Positions 1-10,117 of a stretch of 64,000 nucleotides of DNA are shown here, piece by piece. Every line of letters starts with the position of its first letter. Position 1 is the stretch's first letter. The stretch lies in the NCBI GenBank assembly GCA_902597575.1, contig CACJYF010000001.1, positions 5,324-69,323 on the forward strand. Reading direction: 5' to 3'. The position numbers were made by a program, and so were the translations under genes. Under the pieces are notes generated by a model. The model did not search any database and was not told the DNA's origin. It worked only from the letters and a program-made list of their open reading frames with translations. The DNA comes from an uncultured Pelagibacteraceae bacterium. GTDB taxonomy: Bacteria > Pseudomonadota > Alphaproteobacteria > Pelagibacterales > Pelagibacteraceae.

Positions 1-32
1 GCGTGAATTTTTGGAAATATCTTGCTAAACAT
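1..32 (-). CDS. 5' end of a gene running off the window, possibly phosphatidylserine decarboxylase
   Basis: ATG at 32 (minus) reads MFSKIFPKIH..., resembling alphaproteobacterial Psd N-termini; divergent from icd; only 10 codons visible. Confidence 0.35.
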   Translation of the reverse strand, partial: MFSKIFPKIH

Positions 33-107
33 ATTCATCTATTTGATAATTTTTCATTAATATGTATATAAAATTGCGAAATTCAATTATTAAGATAGTT
101 AAATAAA

Positions 108-1322
108 GTGAGTAAAATAAAGGTAAAAAACCCAGTGGTAGAATTAGATGGTGATGAAATGACCAGAATAATCTGGGAATTTATCAAAAATAAATTAATT
201 CTTCCCTACATAGATTTAAGCATTGATTATTATGATCTTGGTATGAAAAGCAGGGACAATTCAGATGATCAAATAACTATTGATGCAGCCAATGCAATTA
301 AAAAAGTTGGTGTAGGAATTAAGTGTGCAACAATCACCCCTGATGAAGCTCGAGTAGAAGAATTCAAATTAAAAAAAATGTGGAGATCTCCAAACGGTAC
401 CATTAGAAATATTATTGGAGGCACAGTATTCAGAGAGCCAATTATTTGTTCAAATATTCCTAAACTTGTTCCATCTTGGACAGATCCCGTAATTATTGGA
501 AGACACGCTTTTGGCGACCAATATAGAGCTACAGATTTTAAAGTGCCTGGCAAAGGTAAAATGGAAGTAAAATGGACTTCTGAAGATGGCAAAGATGAAA
601 TCAAATATGAAGTATTTAATTTTACAGGTCCGGGAGTTGCTCTTTCAATGTATAATTTAGATAAATCGATTGAAGATTTTGCTAGATCTTGTTTCAGCTA
701 TGGATTGATAAAAAAATGGCCAGTCTATTTATCAACTAAGAATACCATCCTAAAAAAGTATGATGGAAGATTTAAGGACATTTTTGAGGAAGTATTCAAG
801 AAGGAATTTAAGAAACAATTTGATGATGCTAAAATTACATACGAACACAGATTAATTGATGACATGGTTGCATGTGCAATGAAATGGAGCGGTAAATATA
901 TCTGGGCATGTAAAAACTACGATGGCGATGTGCAGTCTGATACTATGGCACAAGGTTATGGGTCATTAGGTTTAATGACGAGTACACTACTTACTCCAGA
1001 TGGTAAAGTAATGGAAGCTGAAGCAGCTCATGGTACTGTTACCAGGCATTATCGTATGCATCAACAGGGGAAAGAAACATCCACAAACCCTATTGCGTCT
1101 ATATTTGCTTGGACTAGAGGCTTAGCTCATCGGGGTAAATTAGATGGAAATGAAGAACTGGTAAAATTTGCGAATACTATTGAAGAAGTTTGTATTCAGT
1201 GTGTAGAAAATGGATCAATGACAAAGGACCTTGCAATACTGGTTGGACCTTCGAGTAAATATTTAACTACTAATCAGTTCTTGGATGTAATTGATAGTAA
1301 TTTGAAAAAAAGATTAAATTAA
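108..1322 (+). CDS. icd: NADP-dependent isocitrate dehydrogenase
   Basis: [46 protein letters not shown] motifs; GTG start. Confidence 0.98.
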   Translation: MSKIKVKNPVVELDGDEMTRIIWEFIKNKLILPYIDLSIDYYDLGMKSRDNSDDQITIDAANAIKKVGVGIKCATITPDEARVEEFKLKKMWRSPNGTIRNIIGGTVFREPIICSNIPKLVPSWTDPVIIGRHAFGDQYRATDFKVPGKGKMEVKWTSEDGKDEIKYEVFNFTGPGVALSMYNLDKSIEDFARSCFSYGLIKKWPVYLSTKNTILKKYDGRFKDIFEEVFKKEFKKQFDDAKITYEHRLIDDMVACAMKWSGKYIWACKNYDGDVQSDTMAQGYGSLGLMTSTLLTPDGKVMEAEAAHGTVTRHYRMHQQGKETSTNPIASIFAWTRGLAHRGKLDGNEELVKFANTIEEVCIQCVENGSMTKDLAILVGPSSKYLTTNQFLDVIDSNLKKRLN

Positions 1323-3980
1323 AGACTTTATCTTATCAAAAGCTTCATCAATTTTATTTTGGTCCTGACCACCAGCTTGAGCAAAATCTTTTCTTCCACC
1401 TCCACCTTTGCCACCAATAGTCTCTGAACCTAATTTAGCAAATTTAACCGCATCATATTTATCCACTAATTTTTCTGTTATACCTACAGCTAGTCCAACT
1501 TTATCCTCATTAGTGGCAAATACAATTATAATGCCATCACCTAATTCTTTTTTTCCATTATCAACAAGTTTTCTTAAATCTTTAGGTGGTAGATCAATAA
1601 CTTTTTGAAATCTTACTTTTATATCTTTAATTTTTTGATCATTAATAATATTTTTTGTTTTATCTTTTAGAACTGAGTTCACATTAAGTTGATCAAGTTG
1701 TCTTGTAAGATTTTTGATAAGTTCTTTAAAATCTTTATTTTCTATATTTGGCGTGCCACCAAGTTTTATTATTTGGGATGATAATTCTTTAATTGTCTCT
1801 TCATCTTTCTGAATTGAAAGCGTTGATGCCTTTTCTTTATTCTTTATATATTCATCTAATTGTTTGTCTCTCAATGCTTCTACTCTTCTAACACCTGCTG
1901 CTATAGAGGACTGACTTATGGTTTTAAATTTTCCAATATCACCGGTGTTTTTAACGTGGGTTCCGCCACATAATTCTGTTGAAAAATATGCTTCTTTTTC
2001 TTTGCCCATAGATACCACCCTTACTTCCTCACCATACTTTTCTCCAAAAAATGCTAGAGCACCTTTTTCAATAGCTGCTTTGGGTGTCATAATTCTAGTC
2101 GTTACTTCAGTATTATTTTTCACATATTCATTTACCAATTTATCAATAGTTTCTAGCTCTTTATCTGTGATTGGTTTCATATGACTAAAATCAAATCTCA
2201 AACGATCTGGTGCAACAAGTGAACCTTTTTGCATAACATGTTTTCCAAGTGTTCGTCTTAAAGACTCATGAAGAAGATGTGTTGCTGAGTGATAAGCTTT
2301 TAGATTTGCTCTTCTTTCAATATCAATTTTTAATTCAACAGCATCACCCACTTTTATTGAGCCTGTTTTTAACGAACCATAATGAACAAATAAATTACCA
2401 AGTTTCTTCTGTGTATCCTCAACCTCAAAAACTGAGTTTCCTGAAACTATTGTGCCTTTGTCTCCAAGTTGTCCACCGGACTCACCATAAAAAGGAGTTT
2501 GATTTGTTATTATCATTCCTTCCTCACCAGTGGATAATGATTTTACTTCACTATTTTCCTTGATCAAATTTAATATAACTCCCTCTGATTGATTAGACTC
2601 GTAACCTAAAAATTCAGTTGGACCAATTTTATCTTTGATTGAAAACCAAATTGCTTCTTCTGAACTATCACCTGAACCTTTCCAATTTTTTTTAGCAAGT
2701 TCTTTGCTATTTTTCATTAGTTGATCAAATTTTTTATGATCAACTTTTAATGATTTATTTTTTAAAATATCTTCAGTAAGATCTAATGGGAAACCGTAAG
2801 TATCATATAATTTGAACGCTACATCTCCTGGTAAGACTTTATCTATTTTTGAAATTTCATCATTTAAAATTTTAATTCCTCTATCAAGTAAAACTAAAAA
2901 TTTTTCCTCCTCCATTTTTAATGTTTCTCGAATTAATGACTCTGATCTTTCTAATTCTGGATAATTTCCTGACATTTCATTTTTTAAAGCCTCAAAAATT
3001 TTGAAAAATATTGGTTCTTTAGATCCTAATAAATGAGAGTGTCTCATACCTCTTCTCATTATTCTTCTAAGAACATATCCACGACCTTCATTTGAGGGCA
3101 AAACACCTTCAGCTAAAAGAAATGAGCTTGCTCTTAAGTGATCAGCAATTACTCTAAAACTTGATATATTTTTATCTTCTTGTTTGACTTTTGTTACTTC
3201 AGATATTGAACTTATTAATTTCTTAAAATGATCAGTTTGATAATTATCGTGCGTTCCTTGTAAAAGAGCTGCAATTCTTTCTAATCCCATTCCTGTATCA
3301 ACAGACGGTTTTGGTAGGTCTATTCTTTTATCTTTTGAAACTTGCTCATACTGCATAAAGACTAAGTTCCAAATTTCAATAAAACGATCACCATCTTGAT
3401 CTTTAGTTCCTGGCAATCCTCCTTTTAAATGATCACCATGATCATAAAATATTTCTGAGCAAGGGCCACATGGACCAGTTTCACCCATTGACCAAAAATT
3501 ATCTGATGTTGCAATTCTAATTATTCTATCATCACTAAAACCTGCAATTTTCTTCCAAAAATTGAATGCCTCATCATCTTCATGAAAAACAGTTACATAA
3601 AGCCTATTTTTATCAAGACCAAAATCTTTAGTGATTAAATTCCATGCTAGTTCAATTCCTCTTTCCTTAAAATAATCTCCAAAAGAGAAATTTCCCAACA
3701 TTTCAAAAAAAGTATGGTGTCTTGGAGTGTAACCAACATTTTCTAAATCATTATGTTTACCACCTGCCCTTACGCATTTTTGAGAAGTAGTTGCTCTTTG
3801 ATAATCTCTTTTCTCTAAACCAGTAAATACATTTTTGAATTGCACCATTCCAGAATTAGCAAACATTAGTGTTGGGTCATTATTTGGCACTAAATTACTG
3901 GACTCAACAATCTTATGATCATTCTTTTCAAAGTATTTTAAGAACGTGCTTCTTATTTCATTTAATGATTTGTCTGCCAT
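1314..3980 (-). CDS. alaS: Alanine--tRNA ligase
   Basis: [29 protein letters not shown], editing HSATH...ELCGGTH, C-terminal GGKGGG. Confidence 0.99.
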   Translation of the reverse strand: MADKSLNEIRSTFLKYFEKNDHKIVESSNLVPNNDPTLMFANSGMVQFKNVFTGLEKRDYQRATTSQKCVRAGGKHNDLENVGYTPRHHTFFEMLGNFSFGDYFKERGIELAWNLITKDFGLDKNRLYVTVFHEDDEAFNFWKKIAGFSDDRIIRIATSDNFWSMGETGPCGPCSEIFYDHGDHLKGGLPGTKDQDGDRFIEIWNLVFMQYEQVSKDKRIDLPKPSVDTGMGLERIAALLQGTHDNYQTDHFKKLISSISEVTKVKQEDKNISSFRVIADHLRASSFLLAEGVLPSNEGRGYVLRRIMRRGMRHSHLLGSKEPIFFKIFEALKNEMSGNYPELERSESLIRETLKMEEEKFLVLLDRGIKILNDEISKIDKVLPGDVAFKLYDTYGFPLDLTEDILKNKSLKVDHKKFDQLMKNSKELAKKNWKGSGDSSEEAIWFSIKDKIGPTEFLGYESNQSEGVILNLIKENSEVKSLSTGEEGMIITNQTPFYGESGGQLGDKGTIVSGNSVFEVEDTQKKLGNLFVHYGSLKTGSIKVGDAVELKIDIERRANLKAYHSATHLLHESLRRTLGKHVMQKGSLVAPDRLRFDFSHMKPITDKELETIDKLVNEYVKNNTEVTTRIMTPKAAIEKGALAFFGEKYGEEVRVVSMGKEKEAYFSTELCGGTHVKNTGDIGKFKTISQSSIAAGVRRVEALRDKQLDEYIKNKEKASTLSIQKDEETIKELSSQIIKLGGTPNIENKDFKELIKNLTRQLDQLNVNSVLKDKTKNIINDQKIKDIKVRFQKVIDLPPKDLRKLVDNGKKELGDGIIIVFATNEDKVGLAVGITEKLVDKYDAVKFAKLGSETIGGKGGGGRKDFAQAGGQDQNKIDEAFDKIKSLI

Positions 3981-4031
3981 ATTTTTAAAATACAGCTTTT
4001 TTGTTTTATGTCTAGTTAGGGATGAAGGGGG

Positions 4032-4056
4032 AAAGGCGCTTATTATAAGCGCCTTT
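4032..4056 (-). terminator. Inverted repeat downstream of recA, probable intrinsic terminator
   Basis: aaaggcgcttat-t-ataagcgccttt perfect inverted repeat 24 bp past the recA stop; short U-tract. Confidence 0.65.
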
Positions 4057-4080
4057 ATAATTTAAAGATGACCTTTAATT

Positions 4081-5229
4081 CTAGTTCTTTTTGGTAGGAG
4101 TAGTCTCTTTTGCAGCCTCTTCATTTTCAGCTACTTTCTTTTCCTTTTCAATTTTTTCAGGACTTAGTGGATTTCCCTCAATTTTCTTTGAAATCACACC
4201 AGCTTTTTCTCTAATTGCCATCTCTATTTCTGCAGCAACATTAGGGTTTTGTGCAAGATAAGTTTTTGCATTTTCCCTACCTTGACCTATCTTTTCACCC
4301 TTATAAGCATACCATGCTCCTGATTTTTCAATAATATCAGCTTTAGCACCTAGGTCGACTAACTCACCCATTTTGCTAATTCCTTTGCCATACATTAAGT
4401 CAAACTCAACAACTTTAAATGGTGGTGCAACTTTATTCTTAACTACTTTTACTCTTGTAGTATTACCAATAATTTCATCTTTATCTTTAATGGCTCCAAT
4501 TCTTCTAATATCCATTCTTACAGATGAATAAAACTTAAGTGCATTTCCACCTGATGTTGTTTCTGGACTTCCAAACATAACTCCAATTTTCATTCTAATT
4601 TGGTTGATGAAAATCATCATTGTGTTTGTGTTTGAAATTGAACCAGTTAATTTTCTTAAAGCCTGACTCATTAATCTTGATTGAAGACCAACATGATGAT
4701 CACCCATCTCACCTTCAATTTCAGCTTTTGGAGTTAAAGCTGCAACAGAGTCGATTACGATAACTGAAATAGAGCCTGATTTTACTAACGTATCAGCGAT
4801 TTCTAAAGCTTGCTCACCTGCATCTGGTTGAGAGATTAAAAGCTCTTCAGTGTTTACACCTAATTTTTTTGCATAAACTGGATCCAATGCATGTTCTGCA
4901 TCAACGAATGCACAAATTCCACCTGCTTTTTGAGCTTCAGCAACAACTTGTAATGCTAATGTTGTTTTTCCAGAAGATTCTGGTCCGTAAACTTCAATAA
5001 TTCTGCCTTTAGGTAATCCTCCTATTCCTAAAGCTAAATCTAAACTTAAAGATCCAGTAGATACCGACTCGATATCCATAGCTCTTTTTTCACCAAGCTT
5101 CATTACTGAACCTTTTCCAAAATTATCTGTAATTTGACTGATTGCAGCTTCTAAAGCTTTATTTTTCTCTTTATTTTCCAATTCTTGATTTTTAGTAGAT
5201 TTAACTACTTTTAAGTTATTTTTAGTCAT
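4081..5229 (-). CDS. recA: Recombinase RecA
   Basis: GPESSGKTT Walker [29 protein letters not shown]. Confidence 0.99.
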   Translation of the reverse strand: MTKNNLKVVKSTKNQELENKEKNKALEAAISQITDNFGKGSVMKLGEKRAMDIESVSTGSLSLDLALGIGGLPKGRIIEVYGPESSGKTTLALQVVAEAQKAGGICAFVDAEHALDPVYAKKLGVNTEELLISQPDAGEQALEIADTLVKSGSISVIVIDSVAALTPKAEIEGEMGDHHVGLQSRLMSQALRKLTGSISNTNTMMIFINQIRMKIGVMFGSPETTSGGNALKFYSSVRMDIRRIGAIKDKDEIIGNTTRVKVVKNKVAPPFKVVEFDLMYGKGISKMGELVDLGAKADIIEKSGAWYAYKGEKIGQGRENAKTYLAQNPNVAAEIEMAIREKAGVISKKIEGNPLSPEKIEKEKKVAENEEAAKETTPTKKN

Positions 5230-5278
5230 TTTTTGCCTTTTTTTTTACGTTTTTTAACACTCGAATCATAAAATAAAT

Positions 5279-5293
5279 GTACACATTTTGTTC
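5279..5293 (-). promoter_or_regulatory. Alphaproteobacterial LexA (SOS) box upstream of recA
   Basis: Minus strand GAAC-AAAATGT-GTAC, matching the GAAC-N7-GAAC/GTAC direct-repeat consensus, about 50 bp upstream of the recA ATG. Confidence 0.8.
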
Positions 5294-5335
5294 TCATTAG
5301 CAAGATTTATTTATTTTAGCCTAAAAAGCCTTTTT

Positions 5336-6634
5336 TTATCGTATTTTTAGATAATCACTGTTGAGTAAACCGATAGATTTAAGCAAATTAAATTGAGAAA
5401 GAATAAAGTTTCTCTCAGAATCGGCTAAAGAAATTTGAGCATTCAATAAAAGAGAATTAGATTGAATAACTTCAAGAGTAGTTCTGCCTGAAGAACCGCT
5501 ATTATATTCTGCTGTAATACCTTCATTAGCAATTTCTGCTGCCCTTACTTGCAATTGAACAGAGTTAAGCAAACTTTTATTTGATTGAAAATTTGACCAG
5601 GCGCTTGCTACATTAGTTTGATTTTGTTTAATCTCACTATCTAAAGTTAAACGTGATCTATTTTCTATATTCTTATTTTTATTTAAAGATGCCAGATTTT
5701 TTCCACCTGAATAAAATGGCCAAGTAACAGTTGCTTTTAAAGTTTCTTTATCTCTCTCATCGTAAGTAGCACTTAAGTCGTCTGAATACGACTTTTCTAA
5801 AGATAATTTTGCAGTTGGCACTAATTCTGATCTTGCAATCGATGTATCTTTTTTCGATTGTTCATATTCCATTTCAGCAATAATTAAATCTGGATTACTT
5901 TTTTTAGATTGTTCAATAGCTGAATTTAAACTGCCTGGTATTTGGTAACTCATTATTGAACTTTTATCTAATGACTGAGCATTGCCTAAAGGTCCAATAA
6001 TATTTTCATAATTCAACTTGCTAGTTAAAAGGTCACTTTGTGCTTGAATGAAACTTGCTTCTGCACCAGCTAATGATGACTCTGATTGTGAGACATCTGA
6101 TAAACTAATTTGACCTCTTTCAAGTCTAATTCTATCAGTTTCAACTTGTCTACTTAGAAGCTCAACGTTAGCTCTATTAATTTCTAATTTTTCATTCGCT
6201 GAAATTAATCCAGTATACGCTGCTACAGTTTTATATAAAATATCTTGCTCTTTTTTTAAAAGTTTTGCTTTGGCTAAATTGATACCAATTTTACTTTTTG
6301 ACAAATCAGCTCCTCTACCAAAATCAAATAATGTTTGAGTAACTGAAATAGATTTAGTTTCTGTATCTACATCAGTAATTGTGGCATTTGACCCATTTCT
6401 ATTTGTTAATTTGTCAGTCTCATCTTGGCTCTTTGATCCCTCTAGAGTAATTGTTGGAAAATAGGAACTCATTGAGATTTTAAGTTCTTGTTCCGAAATA
6501 CTGATATTTTCTCTTTCAGCATTTAATTCAGAATTATTTTTATAAGCTTTTTGTAGAGCTTCAGTGAATGTTTCAGCACTTAAATTAGAAATTATGAATA
6601 GATTGCTAATAATGATAATTAAAAATTTTTTCAT
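5336..6634 (-). CDS. tolC: TolC-family outer membrane protein
   Basis: Signal peptide, two OEP-type repeats (A..NNSELNAER; PTAKL..VTWPFYSGG), RTTLEVI motif. Confidence 0.85.
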   Translation of the reverse strand: MKKFLIIIISNLFIISNLSAETFTEALQKAYKNNSELNAERENISISEQELKISMSSYFPTITLEGSKSQDETDKLTNRNGSNATITDVDTETKSISVTQTLFDFGRGADLSKSKIGINLAKAKLLKKEQDILYKTVAAYTGLISANEKLEINRANVELLSRQVETDRIRLERGQISLSDVSQSESSLAGAEASFIQAQSDLLTSKLNYENIIGPLGNAQSLDKSSIMSYQIPGSLNSAIEQSKKSNPDLIIAEMEYEQSKKDTSIARSELVPTAKLSLEKSYSDDLSATYDERDKETLKATVTWPFYSGGKNLASLNKNKNIENRSRLTLDSEIKQNQTNVASAWSNFQSNKSLLNSVQLQVRAAEIANEGITAEYNSGSSGRTTLEVIQSNSLLLNAQISLADSERNFILSQFNLLKSIGLLNSDYLKIR

Positions 6635-7560
6635 TTGTTTCTATATAATGCAGATTTGATCTGATGGTTACTATTTAAATTGAATATAATTGATGCATAT
6701 TTAGGCATATTCTTGAACATATTTTGCGTAATTCTTTGATACGTTTGCATAAAATTAATTACATCCCCTCTACTCATAATCTTTAAGTTTGATTTTACTT
6801 TACTTTTTACCCAAAGTTTTCTCTCTTGTTTTAATCTCCATTTTTGGAGCAAACTGAAATTTTTTGCTTTTAAATAAATTAAACAATTCAATTGGGAATA
6901 TAATTTTTTATATTTTGATTTCAATTGATCATTAACATATTTTCTCCAAACCTGTTTTTGATCCTTGGCCTTCTCCATTGAATTGATTGTTTTCTTTAAT
7001 GAGCTATTTTTTTCAGATTTTGCTCCAACACACCATCCCTCAAATATAATTACATCTGGTCTGTCTTTTAAATCGTACCAGTATTTTTTATTAAATCTAT
7101 CATCTATGGCTTTGTTAAATGTTGGTAGTTTTAGTCTTTTAAATTTATTACTTTTTGCTTTTTTAAAGAAATCTAACATCATGTTAATGTCATGTGTTCC
7201 AGGTACACCTCTAGTTAAAAGCATAGGATGAACTCTTCTTGATAAATTTTTACGTTCTTTTCTTGTTTTATAAAAGTCATCTATTGAAATTCTAAAAACA
7301 TTTAATTTAAAATATTTAGTTAAAATAATTCTGATTAGAGAACTAATTGTAGTTTTGCCGGTTCCTTGACCCCCTGCTAAACCCACAAAATAAGGTTTTT
7401 TCTTTTCGGCTTTTTTACTTATCCAAAAACATAATGGAATTAGGAACAATTTAATCATTCTTTCTTTATTCTTGAATTTGTCAGCTTTTGTCTCTTGAGA
7501 TTTGATAAACTTTAAACAATCTTTTTTTACCTTACCAAAGCATAAGCTGAATTGTTGCAT
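6631..7560 (-). CDS. P-loop kinase, D-glycerate 3-kinase (GLYK)-like
   Basis: GGQGTGKTT, SIDDFY, TRGVPGTHD, FNKAIDDR, IFEGWCVG, WRLKQE. Confidence 0.75.
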   Translation of the reverse strand: MQQFSLCFGKVKKDCLKFIKSQETKADKFKNKERMIKLFLIPLCFWISKKAEKKKPYFVGLAGGQGTGKTTISSLIRIILTKYFKLNVFRISIDDFYKTRKERKNLSRRVHPMLLTRGVPGTHDINMMLDFFKKAKSNKFKRLKLPTFNKAIDDRFNKKYWYDLKDRPDVIIFEGWCVGAKSEKNSSLKKTINSMEKAKDQKQVWRKYVNDQLKSKYKKLYSQLNCLIYLKAKNFSLLQKWRLKQERKLWVKSKVKSNLKIMSRGDVINFMQTYQRITQNMFKNMPKYASIIFNLNSNHQIKSALYRNK

Positions 7561-7565
7561 GAGAA

Positions 7566-7940
7566 TTATTTTTTATCTAAAGGATGATTTTGACCATCGT
7601 TTACTGGAATATCCTTCATTTCAAAAGTGTTTATTTCATCGACACAACCAACATTAAATCCTGTCATAGCTGGATTAATTCTTGGATTATGATGAGTATA
7701 AATTCCACACTCAGAACAAAAGTAATGTTTAGCAACTTTTGAATGGAACTGATAGAGTTTTAATTTATCTTCGCCTTTAATAATTTTGAAATCTTCATTC
7801 TTTACCATCGACATAATTGCTCCTTTTCTTTTACAAATAGAGCAATTACATTTTATTACTTTAGCTAAATCTCCGTCTAAATTTATTTCTGCTTCAACAG
7901 CTCCACAATGGCATACAAGTTTTTTCACTATTCTCCCCAT
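7566..7940 (-). CDS. GFA/CENP-V family Zn-binding protein
   Basis: CHCG, CNCSIC, HYFCSECG motifs. Confidence 0.9.
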   Translation of the reverse strand: MGRIVKKLVCHCGAVEAEINLDGDLAKVIKCNCSICKRKGAIMSMVKNEDFKIIKGEDKLKLYQFHSKVAKHYFCSECGIYTHHNPRINPAMTGFNVGCVDEINTFEMKDIPVNDGQNHPLDKK

Positions 7941-8278
7941 TTACCATGAAACTCATAAACTACCGCGGGTTTATCGCCTACTACCCAACCATCATGACCA
8001 GGTTCTATTGAATATGCATCACCAGCTTTATAAGTTAATTCAGTTCCATCATCATGTTTTGCACAGACTGCACCTGAAACAATTACTCCAAGATGTTTTG
8101 CCTTGCAGCTATCTGTGCCAACTGTTGGTTTGATATCTTGTGACCATTTCCAACCTGGTTGTAAAACTAATCTCATAACTCTTTGATCTCCTACTCTCAC
8201 AATGTCTATTTTAGCATTTTTAAAACTTGTGTTACTTTCGTCAGGATTATCAAAAGTTTTGACTTCAATTGAGCTCAT
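7928..8278 (-). CDS. Small cupin-domain protein
   Basis: LQPGWKWS, C...HLG.IVSG, IEPGHDGWVVGD cupin pattern; GGAG RBS upstream. Confidence 0.85.
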   Translation of the reverse strand: MSSIEVKTFDNPDESNTSFKNAKIDIVRVGDQRVMRLVLQPGWKWSQDIKPTVGTDSCKAKHLGVIVSGAVCAKHDDGTELTYKAGDAYSIEPGHDGWVVGDKPAVVYEFHGKWGE

Positions 8279-8332
8279 TTTTTTTTCTCCTTTTATAATT
8301 AAATCAGAATTTAAAACTATCCTTGGTTGAAG

Positions 8333-8341
8333 TTATCCACA
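8333..8341 (+). promoter_or_regulatory. Perfect DnaA box
   Basis: TTATCCACA in the cupin/umuD divergent intergenic region; single copy, function unproven. Confidence 0.4.
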
Positions 8342-8416
8342 AGCATACAAAATATAGTTTTGATGTTCACGTTTTGATTCACTTTTGATTCAATTACGGA
8401 CTCAAAATACAACCTC

Positions 8417-8463
8417 TTGCGTGCATTGTATAAATGGGCTATAAATTAGAACAAAACAAGAAC
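8417..8463 (+). promoter_or_regulatory. umuDC promoter with LexA box
   Basis: TTGCGT-N17-TATAAA (8417-8445) followed by perfect GAAC-AAAACAA-GAAC (8449-8463). Confidence 0.8.
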
Positions 8464-8859
8464 ATGAAACTAACTATTCCCTACTATCTGCATAAAGCTG
8501 GTGCTGGTTTCCCATCACCTGCCACTGATTATATCGAAGAAGATATCGATCTAAACATGCATCTAATCAAAAACGTTCCAGCTACTTTTATTATCAGAGT
8601 ACAGGGAAAATCCATGGTGGATGTTGGGATCAATGATGGAGACTTATTGGTTGTCGATAAAAGTTTAAAACCAAAAAACTTTTCAACTGTTATTGCAAAT
8701 GTTCATGATGAGCTTGTGGTTAAAACTTTAGTTCAAGAAAGAGATAAAAAATTTTTGTCGTCTGGGTCTAAAGATTTTTCTAATAGAATTTTAATTAATG
8801 AAGAAGAAGATGTTTTTATTTGGGGGGTTGTGACTTATGTCATCCATTCAACGTACTAA
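8464..8859 (+). CDS. umuD: DNA polymerase V accessory subunit UmuD (S24 peptidase)
   Basis: AGFPSPA cleavage motif, catalytic Ser (GKSM) and Lys (VVKT); start moved to ATG 8464 because the 8434 start would put the promoter and LexA box inside the CDS. Confidence 0.9.
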   Translation: MKLTIPYYLHKAGAGFPSPATDYIEEDIDLNMHLIKNVPATFIIRVQGKSMVDVGINDGDLLVVDKSLKPKNFSTVIANVHDELVVKTLVQERDKKFLSSGSKDFSNRILINEEEDVFIWGVVTYVIHSTY

Positions 8860-10117
8860 AAAAATAGGCTTAGTTGATTGTAATTCTTTCTATGTTTCAT
8901 GTGAAAGATTATTTAATCCAAAAATAAGAAAAAAACCTGTGGTTGTTTTATCCAATAATGATGGTTGTATCATTTCTAGATCCAATGAAGCAAAAGCATT
9001 AGGAATCAAGATGGGTGAACCTTATTTTAAAGCAAAAAATATTATTGTTAAAAATAAAGTTGAAGTTTTTTCATCAAATTATTCGTTATACGGAGATTTA
9101 TCTAGAAGAGTAATGAGAACTCTTAAAAGATTTAATACTGAAATAGAGGTATATTCAATCGACGAGGCATTCATAGATTTATCCAATTTTCCAGATTCTG
9201 AGGTTGAAAAAGTTGGAAGAGAAATTAGAGAAACGGTTCTACAGTGGACAGGTATTCCAACAAGTATCGGTATCGCTAAAACCAAAACATTGAGTAAAGT
9301 TGCAAATCATATCGCAAAGAAAAAACAATCAGGAGTAACGAGTTTGATTGGTATAGAAAATTTAGATCCAATTTTAGAAAAGGTTGAAATTAACGATGTA
9401 TGGGGTGTTGGTAGACAACTTACAAAATTTTATCAAAAGAATGGTATCTATAATGCCAAACAACTTAAAAATAAGTCTAACACTTGGATTAAAAAATGTT
9501 CTAATGTTTTAAGCTCAAGAACTGCAATGGAACTTAGAGGAGTTCCTTGTATTGACTTAGAGACTACACAAACAAAAAGAAAAAGTTGTGTCGTTTCAAG
9601 ATCATTTGGCAAAAGAATAGAAAGTTTTCAAGAATTAAAGGAAGCAGTTGCTAATTATTGTTTGAACGCTTCTGAAAAAATTAGATCAGAGTCTTTAGTT
9701 GCAAAAGCGATTACAGTATTTGTTAGAACCAGTCCTTTTCAAAGAGATTATGGATATTATTCAAATTCAAAAACTGTCGACTTTCCAATTGCAACTAACA
9801 ATAGTCTTGAGACTGTTAAAACTGCAATCGCAATACTTGAGAGTATATTTAGGAACGGCTGTCGTTATCAAAAAGCAGGAGTTATGCTTACAGGATTACG
9901 AGATGATGATGGTAGGAAAAATTTATTCTCATCAGAAAAAGATGAAAAAATAAAAACTTTGATGCAATCAATTGATAATACTAATTATAGATATGGTAGA
10001 TCAACCTTAAGTCTTGCAAGTGCTGGAGTTCATAAAAAATGGAATATGAGAAGACAATATTCTTCTAAAATAGATACCGCTGATTTTTATTGTTTGCCAA
10101 CAATCAAAGCTATTTAA
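8837..10117 (+). CDS. umuC: Y-family DNA polymerase V catalytic subunit UmuC
   Basis: LVDCNSFYVSCE, VLSNNDGC, YSIDEAF, C-terminal WNMRRQYSS. Confidence 0.95.
   Translation: MSSIQRTKKIGLVDCNSFYVSCERLFNPKIRKKPVVVLSNNDGCIISRSNEAKALGIKMGEPYFKAKNIIVKNKVEVFSSNYSLYGDLSRRVMRTLKRFNTEIEVYSIDEAFIDLSNFPDSEVEKVGREIRETVLQWTGIPTSIGIAKTKTLSKVANHIAKKKQSGVTSLIGIENLDPILEKVEINDVWGVGRQLTKFYQKNGIYNAKQLKNKSNTWIKKCSNVLSSRTAMELRGVPCIDLETTQTKRKSCVVSRSFGKRIESFQELKEAVANYCLNASEKIRSESLVAKAITVFVRTSPFQRDYGYYSNSKTVDFPIATNNSLETVKTAIAILESIFRNGCRYQKAGVMLTGLRDDDGRKNLFSSEKDEKIKTLMQSIDNTNYRYGRSTLSLASAGVHKKWNMRRQYSSKIDTADFYCLPTIKAI

Noticed and set aside
8358-8393. Short tandem repeats as a CRISPR remnant or extra LexA boxes
   Set aside because: Units are 11-13 bp without spacers and there are no cas genes; spacing and half-sites do not fit GTTC-N7-GTTC
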